Positions 36,323-38,729 of a DNA stretch of 38,729 nucleotides are shown here, one piece after another (within the stretch, counting starts at the first letter, position 1; every line of letters starts with the position of its first letter). Below the pieces are notes generated by a model. That model saw nothing but the letters and a program-made list of their open reading frames with translations, did not search any database and was not told the DNA's origin. Location: contig CAWKAR010000061.1 of assembly GCA_963847625.1 (NCBI GenBank), forward strand, positions 1 to 38,729, given 5' to 3'. The position numbers and the translations under genes are program-made. The stretch comes from a candidate division FCPU426 bacterium. Lineage in GTDB: Bacteria > Oederibacteriota > Muellerivitia > Muellerivitales > Muellerivitaceae.

Positions 36323-36352
36323 TTGTCTACTACGCCTCCCCGTCGTGGACAG
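36323..36352 (+). other. Putative recombination site 1
   Basis: TTGTCTACTACGCC-TC-CCCGTCGTGGACAG, 7 bp after the recombinase stop. Confidence 0.7.
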
Positions 36353-36369
36353 CTTTAAAACCCAACTTT

Positions 36370-36717
36370 TTAATACTTCCTGTGACAACTTGAACATTTA
36401 TTTAAGTGACCAGAAACAGCCTTTAATATCCAATACGAAACATTCCAATTGAGCCTTTTCCCACAGTGGGGACAAGCAAAACGGACCATTGGCCAGAAGC
36501 CAAGAAACATGAGTACTGCGAAACAAATTTCCAAGCAAATAGAAGTCGGATCGCTTTTCAACATTGAGCTTGGGAAGTGTTTTGAAAAAGAATAAATCAA
36601 TAAAAATAAGATGCCCATTGTAGCAAAAAACCAAACTACAGTTTTTCGAACATTAGCCAAAGTCGCTTTTCGTACGGAGAGCATTTCTAATAAGATGAAT
36701 TTAGAGCGATTCGCCAT
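36370..36717 (-). CDS. Membrane protein with zinc ribbon (cassette 1)
   Basis: 2 TM, CPHCG...CSSC. AAAGG RBS. Confidence 0.65.
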   Translation of the reverse strand: MANRSKFILLEMLSVRKATLANVRKTVVWFFATMGILFLLIYSFSKHFPSSMLKSDPTSICLEICFAVLMFLGFWPMVRFACPHCGKRLNWNVSYWILKAVSGHLNKCSSCHRKY

Positions 36718-36738
36718 TGGTCACCTTTCTAAAATCTA

Positions 36739-36768
36739 TTGTCCACGACGGGTCCCCGTCGTGGACAA
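36739..36768 (+). other. Putative recombination site 2 (perfect)
   Basis: TTGTCCACGACGGG-TC-CCCGTCGTGGACAA, with perfect 14-bp inverted arms. Confidence 0.75.
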
Positions 36769-36800
36769 GCCAAATTAACCCGGAGGTTCTGGATGTGTTC

Positions 36801-38135
36801 TTAATTCAGGTCAAATTCTACGAATTTCATTTTTTCGTGGGTTGGCTGTAGGTTATTGGCCGTTGAAGCCACACCCGATTTAGGCCTTGGTATTTTCGAA
36901 ACCCTTGCTTTTTCATCGACGACACTAATGATCTGGTTGGTTTGCGGGTTTAATTTGCATGGGTAGCCCAAGACCGATGGGAAATGGATAATTTTTTGTG
37001 GCGATCCGGAGGAATCAAAATAAACCACGACTGAACTAGAGGCGGGGATTTCCCACGTTCCTTCCTTGATGAACACCGCCCAAAAACCACCCTTGGCTTC
37101 TTCTGGAAAAACTTCCCGTACAAGGTAACGTTTTTCCATTCGATCCCATAAAAAAGTAGTTTGTTTTTGGGCGTCTTTCATTTGCTGTTCATTGTTGGGG
37201 TCGTACTTCTCGCTTTGACCAGTTTTAAGGTCCGTCCATTGGGCCAAGGTTCTTCCATTGAGTTCATAAATCCTGTCTTCATGGCCAGTGTCCAGGGCGA
37301 AACCCCGGACTCGACCGCTTTCCAAGTCATCAAAATAGACTTCTTGAACGGAAAAGGAACCTATCACCTTTTGGTTCGAACTAATAAAGGGTGAACCCAA
37401 TGGCAAATCGTTCAAGGTTCGAACCCTTTTAAAAGAAGGTGCTTTCCAAAAAACCATTTTCTTGAGGCTATGAGAAATTCCGAAAAAAGTGGAGGGGCTC
37501 AACTGTAGGATGTTTCCATCTAAAGGTAAATCGGCGGCGGGATCGACCGGGGTGATTCTTCCTCCGTTTTCAAGGTCCATGACGCCCGAACCCAGGATAA
37601 ACCGGTCGTCCCCAACATAATGGCCGATACTGAACCATTTCTTTTTATGGACAATTTCCTTCAGGGAGGGAATTTCAAAAACCGAGTCGAAGTACAAGCC
37701 GTCGTCCGTCATTCCCAGGGCGAAATATTTCCCATGCGGGCTAACGTAAATCAAATGATCCGAACTTTGATAAAGGATCTTTTTTTCATCCCTATCCACC
37801 AAATAGTTGGTGGCAACGGTGTTAATGGTGAAATATCTTCCATCTTGATCGCAATTAAAATCCAAGTTTTTGGCGTTTTGAACGGCGGGAGGAAGGAGGT
37901 TCAACACCTCCAAGAACCGATCATGGTAAAAATCTTCGAACCGCCCCCCGATTCCAAAAGAATAGACCTCCGCGATGAATATGCCGGTTTTCTCATGGTA
38001 GTCCTTCCAGGACAGGGTCTTTTTTATGATGGCTTCTTTATGAACAACGGCCTGAGCCCGAACCGGTTTTACCCAACTCAAGTGGAAAAGAATCAAGGCA
38101 AGACATATATACCCGAGTTTATTCGAAAATCTCAC
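36801..38135 (-). CDS. Secreted beta-rich (propeller-like) protein (cassette 2)
   Basis: Signal peptide ending VRA. DGRYF and SPHGKYFAL propeller-type motifs. Confidence 0.65.
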   Translation of the reverse strand: MRFSNKLGYICLALILFHLSWVKPVRAQAVVHKEAIIKKTLSWKDYHEKTGIFIAEVYSFGIGGRFEDFYHDRFLEVLNLLPPAVQNAKNLDFNCDQDGRYFTINTVATNYLVDRDEKKILYQSSDHLIYVSPHGKYFALGMTDDGLYFDSVFEIPSLKEIVHKKKWFSIGHYVGDDRFILGSGVMDLENGGRITPVDPAADLPLDGNILQLSPSTFFGISHSLKKMVFWKAPSFKRVRTLNDLPLGSPFISSNQKVIGSFSVQEVYFDDLESGRVRGFALDTGHEDRIYELNGRTLAQWTDLKTGQSEKYDPNNEQQMKDAQKQTTFLWDRMEKRYLVREVFPEEAKGGFWAVFIKEGTWEIPASSSVVVYFDSSGSPQKIIHFPSVLGYPCKLNPQTNQIISVVDEKARVSKIPRPKSGVASTANNLQPTHEKMKFVEFDLN

Positions 38136-38237
38136 AACTTCACCATCCTCAAAAATTTTTTATTCCGAACCATTTTAAATCTCCCCGCATTGGACGACTT
38201 AAAGAGCTCTTATTTTACTGTTTTGAAGTCAAAAGGG

Positions 38238-38267
38238 TTGTCCACTTGGGGTCCCCGTCGTGGACAC
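38238..38267 (+). other. Putative recombination site 3
   Basis: TTGTCCACTTGGGG-TC-CCCGTCGTGGACAC. A degenerate right half-site TC-CCCGCATTGGACGA lies at 38182-38197. Confidence 0.7.
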
Positions 38268-38278
38268 CTCTAGAATGC

Positions 38279-38728
38279 TTATTTCACTTTTGACAATGCT
38301 TTCAAAACAGCTTTACCAATTTGTTCAGGAGTAGATTTATTGCTGATTTGGAAAATACTTTCTACGATTTCTTCCCCATTTGGTTTAAAAGGGGTGAAAT
38401 CCAGATGTTTCCCATCATCAAACACATCGATATAAACAGCGTAGTCTTTAAACTCTTTCCAGGTTTTAACGCCTGCCAAACCCAGTAAAGGCTTATAGAG
38501 GGATTCTACCGGTTGGTTGCCCATATAAGGAAAATCCTTGGAAGACAGACTTAGGATTTCCAGGATCATTCTTCCAATTTCCGCCGGTGGCGCCGTCACT
38601 TCCAAGGCTTTGAAAGGCTGGGATGGACAATAGGTTTCCTGTTCGCCATTAAAGAAGTAATCTTCGCTGGAGAACATTGGATAAATAAAAAGCTTGTCTT
38701 TGCGTTTCTGAACGCATGCCGTTTTATG
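38279..38728 (-). CDS. CdiI-like (DUF1436-type) immunity protein, 5' end outside window (cassette 3)
   Basis: Frame open to the window edge. P...L......EIG..IL..L..S, LAGVKTWKEF and S.PEQIG.AVL.ALS patterns. Confidence 0.65.
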   Translation of the reverse strand, partial: HKTACVQKRKDKLFIYPMFSSEDYFFNGEQETYCPSQPFKALEVTAPPAEIGRMILEILSLSSKDFPYMGNQPVESLYKPLLGLAGVKTWKEFKDYAVYIDVFDDGKHLDFTPFKPNGEEIVESIFQISNKSTPEQIGKAVLKALSKVK

Positions 38729-38729
38729 A

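Noticed and set aside
36323..38267. 30-bp palindromic repeats as a CRISPR array or classical attC sites
   Set aside because: Spacing is 0.4-1.5 kb with whole genes between copies. There are no cas genes, no RYYYAAC/GTTRRRY ends and no tyrosine integrase.
37620..38273. 217-aa plus-strand ORF
   Set aside because: Antisense to the 444-aa secreted protein and runs through site 3. No recognisable features.

Overview
AT-moderate bacterial accessory island, probably from a diderm environmental bacterium (lipoproteins with Thr/Pro linkers, a C-terminal-Phe OMP candidate, PilZ, STAS, HPr). No rRNA, tRNA or CRISPR array was seen. From left to right it contains: (i) toxin-antitoxin loci and a DUF3800 gene, with an intact IS4-family element (3639-4959, 17-bp TIRs, 9-bp TSD) inserted in the fifth codon of an HTH gene; (ii) a ~12.5-kb minus-strand operon encoding a reduced type IV secretion-like machine (VirB2/B3/B4/B6/B8-like) with lipoproteins, a probable beta-barrel, a TPR-GGDEF diguanylate cyclase and a SpoVG-like protein, but no recognisable VirD4, relaxase or VirB9/B10/B11; (iii) a regulatory and TA patch (STAS, XREs, three PilZ paralogues, HPr) where several toxins are truncated while the antitoxins are intact; (iv) a second DUF3800 locus; (v) a short serine recombinase followed by directly repeated 30-bp sites (14-bp inverted arms around a TC dinucleotide) that each separate single genes, like an integron-style cassette array. 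Both DUF3800 loci end against a convergent promoter plus a small hairpin RNA. A multi-hairpin element occurs three times. All protein family calls come from motif recognition by eye, not from database searches.
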